Of a stretch of DNA of 39,819 bases, positions 37,984-39,819 are shown piece after piece. The notes under the pieces were generated by a model that saw only the letters and a program-made list of their open reading frames with translations, did no database searches and had not been told where the DNA came from. The position numbers and the translations under genes are program-made. Origin of the DNA: Planctomycetota bacterium. GTDB lineage: Bacteria > Planctomycetota > B129-G9 > JAJDCN01. Position 1 is the stretch's first letter, and every line of letters starts with the position of its first letter. Location of the stretch: assembly GCA_029260815.1 (NCBI GenBank), contig JAJDCN010000339.1, positions 1 to 39,819 of the forward strand, read 5' to 3'.

Positions 37984-38208
37984 ATGGCCAAGGAAGAACC
38001 CCAGAAGGCAGGCGTCGCAGGTCTGCCGCAGCTCCTGAAGGTCGCCGAGGTGTCGACGATCTTGAACGTCGATCAGCGAACGCTGCGCGCCTGGATCGCA
38101 GCCCGGAAGATCGGCGTCGTGCGCCTGTCTAGCCGCTGCCTGCGCATTCCGTCAGGCGAGCTCGAGCGTTTCATCGAAGAGCGTCTCGATGGGCCGAAGA
38201 CGCGCTGA
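37984..38208 (+). CDS. xis: Excisionase / recombination directionality factor (HTH_17)
   Basis: LLKVAEVSTILNVDQRTLRAWIAARKIGVVRL...LRIPSGELERFI directly upstream of the integrase. Confidence 0.82.
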   Translation: MAKEEPQKAGVAGLPQLLKVAEVSTILNVDQRTLRAWIAARKIGVVRLSSRCLRIPSGELERFIEERLDGPKTR

Positions 38209-38278
38209 ACGAGGTCCAGGACGCTCGGCCTCTTGGGGTCACCACAACTCGTTAGAATGGGGACGTTGGAGGTATGCC

Positions 38279-39724
38279 ATGCGTGTGTTTCGCCCTACAT
38301 GGAAGCGGGACGGCAAGACCCGCGAGGGAACCGTCTACTGGGTCTCAGCGACGGTCAACGGTTCGCGTCTGCGCAAGACGACCGGCTGCCGCGACAAGCG
38401 CGCAGCCGAAGAGCGTGCGCGCGAGATCGTCCGTCATGCCGAGCGCAAGGCTGCCGGACTGATCGATCCGTGGCAGGAGCAGCAAGAGCGTCCGCTTGCC
38501 GAGCACGTGGCGGACTTCGAAACCACGCTTCGGGCCCGAAACCTCTGCGCTCAGCACATCGCCGATCGCACGAGCTGCCTCCAGAAGTTCGTAGACACAT
38601 CGAAGGCGAGACGGCTCTCTGACCTCGATGAGGTGAAGGCGAGCCGTTGGTTGGAGCAGGAACGCCTCTCGGGCCTCGCCGCGCGCACCGTGAACCGTCG
38701 CTACCAGGCCTTGCGTCAGTTCGGCCGTTGGCTGACGAAGACCAAGCGCGTTGCGTCCGATCCGTTCGAGGGGCTCTGCCCGCTCAACGAGGCGGCCGAT
38801 CGGCGCCACGTGCGGCGGGCGCTCAATGCGGACGAGTTGTCCCGCCTGCTGGAAGCTGCGGAGCGCAGGCCGCTTGAGAATGCGCGAGCGCAGCGTACGA
38901 CCTGCGGGGTGACGCCGGTCGAAGAAGCCCGCCTGAAGGCGCTCGGAGCCTCCAGGGCACTGCTCTACGACCTTGCCGCCGGCACGGGGCTGCGCAAGGG
39001 AGAGCTCAAGCGCTGCTGCTGGCGCGACCTCGACTTCGAGCGACGCTGGGTCACGGTGCCTGCCGCCTCGGCCAAGTCGCGCAAGCTGCAGGGTGTGCCG
39101 CTGCGCCAGGATCTCGTCATCAGGTTGCAGGCGCATCGTCCGAAGGACGCGGTGGGGGGCGACCTCGTCTTCCCGGGCGCGTCGTTCCCGTCGCTGCGCG
39201 CATTCAAGCGCGACCTCGTCGCCGCGGGGCTGGCCCTGGTCGAGCGCCGGACGTTCGATGAGAGCGGTGAGCGCTACAAACAGCCGCGCGAGATCTTCGA
39301 CACGGAAGACGACTCGGGCCGGCGCATCGACTTCCACTCGCTGCGCTACACCTTCGTCACGAGGCTTGCCCAGGCTGGCGTGCACCCGCGCGCCGCGCAG
39401 GAGCTCGCACGCCACGCCAAGATCGAAACCACGATGGAGATCTACACGGACCTGAGTCTGTTGGATCTTCACGGCGCGGTGGAGCAAGCCGCCGGGCCGG
39501 ATCTGCTTGGTCACATGCTTGGTCAAAAACCTGCCAGCACAACCGACAACGCTTCATCACGTCGCACCAAGCGCGTTCGGCGGTGGGCACGCAAGGCGGC
39601 GCGCAAACGCGCAACGAATCGGCCCCCGGCGCGAGAAGTGGGGAGGGAAGAAGTGGTGGGCGTTACTGGACTCGAACCAGTGACCCCCAGCTTGTCGAGC
39701 TGGTGCTCTAGCCAACTGAGCTAA
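38279..39724 (+). CDS. int: Tyrosine recombinase / phage-type integrase
   Basis: GGAGGT RBS; arm-binding N-terminus YWVS...RLRKTTG; catalytic TGLRKGE, AKSRK, FHSLRYTF, LARH, TTMEIY; frame stays open through the att core to TAA 39722-39724. Confidence 0.96.
   Translation: MRVFRPTWKRDGKTREGTVYWVSATVNGSRLRKTTGCRDKRAAEERAREIVRHAERKAAGLIDPWQEQQERPLAEHVADFETTLRARNLCAQHIADRTSCLQKFVDTSKARRLSDLDEVKASRWLEQERLSGLAARTVNRRYQALRQFGRWLTKTKRVASDPFEGLCPLNEAADRRHVRRALNADELSRLLEAAERRPLENARAQRTTCGVTPVEEARLKALGASRALLYDLAAGTGLRKGELKRCCWRDLDFERRWVTVPAASAKSRKLQGVPLRQDLVIRLQAHRPKDAVGGDLVFPGASFPSLRAFKRDLVAAGLALVERRTFDESGERYKQPREIFDTEDDSGRRIDFHSLRYTFVTRLAQAGVHPRAAQELARHAKIETTMEIYTDLSLLDLHGAVEQAAGPDLLGHMLGQKPASTTDNASSRRTKRVRRWARKAARKRATNRPPAREVGREEVVGVTGLEPVTPSLSSWCSSQLS
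39504..39527 (+). promoter_or_regulatory. Putative integrase arm-type binding sites (12-bp tandem repeat)
   Basis: TGCTTGGTCACA-TGCTTGGTCAAA inside the int 3' tail; matches 198-221 and 14144-14167. Confidence 0.7.
39652..39701. repeat. tRNA-proximal att junction
   Basis: 50-bp identity with 91-140. Confidence 0.96.
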
Positions 39725-39730
39725 ACGCCC
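39654..39730 (-). tRNA. tRNA-Val (anticodon GAC)
   Basis: Reverse complement folds as GGGCGTT-TA-GCTC AGTTGGCTA GAGC-A-CCAGC TCGACAA GCTGG-GGGTC-ACTGG TTCGAGT CCAGT-AACGCCC-A-CCA (77 nt, encoded CCA). Confidence 0.97.
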
Positions 39731-39748
39731 ACGCGTGCGCGGGGGCAG

Positions 39749-39776
39749 GTTGTACCACCGCCCCGGGGAGGAGCAA
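39749..39776 (-). promoter_or_regulatory. Putative sigma70-type promoter of the tRNA gene
   Basis: Minus strand TTGCTC-16 nt-TACAAC with a TGn extension, followed by a GC-rich discriminator. Confidence 0.4.
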
Positions 39777-39819
39777 TATCGCGCGCGGGGCGGGATCCGG
39801 GGCGGCAGCGGTCCCCGTG

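Larger units (their letters stand above)
91..39701. mobile_element. tRNA-Val(GAC)-integrated genomic island (tyrosine-integrase element carrying defence/competition cargo)
   Basis: Identical 50-bp direct repeats at 91-140 and 39652-39701 covering the tRNA 3' half; integrase and xis-like genes next to the intact tRNA; accessory cargo between. Confidence 0.95.

Noticed and set aside
38345-39526. 393-aa minus-strand ORF over the integrase
   Set aside because: Antisense shadow of int with no independent motif.
1-39819. CRISPR array, cas genes, retron/RT or prophage structural module
   Set aside because: No regularly spaced repeat-spacer array, RT motifs or capsid/terminase/tail ORFs seen; the CARF-like call does not imply a CRISPR locus.

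Overview
Almost the whole window (91-39701) is one ~39.6 kb integrative genomic island inserted in a minus-strand tRNA-Val(GAC) gene (39654-39730). It is bounded by a perfect 50-bp direct repeat of the tRNA 3' half. A tyrosine integrase and excisionase-like HTH genes sit at the tRNA-proximal end; I see no phage structural, conjugation or replication genes. Cargo, left to right: a signal-peptide Rhs toxin with a WHH/HNH nuclease tip plus SUKH immunity gene; a divergent pseudo-receiver OmpR-type regulator; a truncated EEP gene and a PLD-family gene; a coupled operon of an ORC/CDC6-like ATPase fused to nucleoside-deoxyribosyltransferase(NDT)/TIR-like domains plus a tandem CARF-like protein (candidate defence system); four exported proteins; a GYF_2 membrane protein; a coupled operon of alpha/beta-hydrolase-TPR-tandem PIN plus an unknown partner (second candidate defence system); and an IS3 remnant. 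Three less obvious features stand out. The integrase ORF runs through the att core, so excision would swap its C-terminus. A cryptic third att-like junction lies at ~14.1 kb. Both left-type junctions are followed by homologous small ORFs whose conserved residues mostly use synonymous codons. The exported-protein repertoire and high GC suggest a Planctomycetota-like host (inference only). All domain calls are by-eye motif recognition, not database results.
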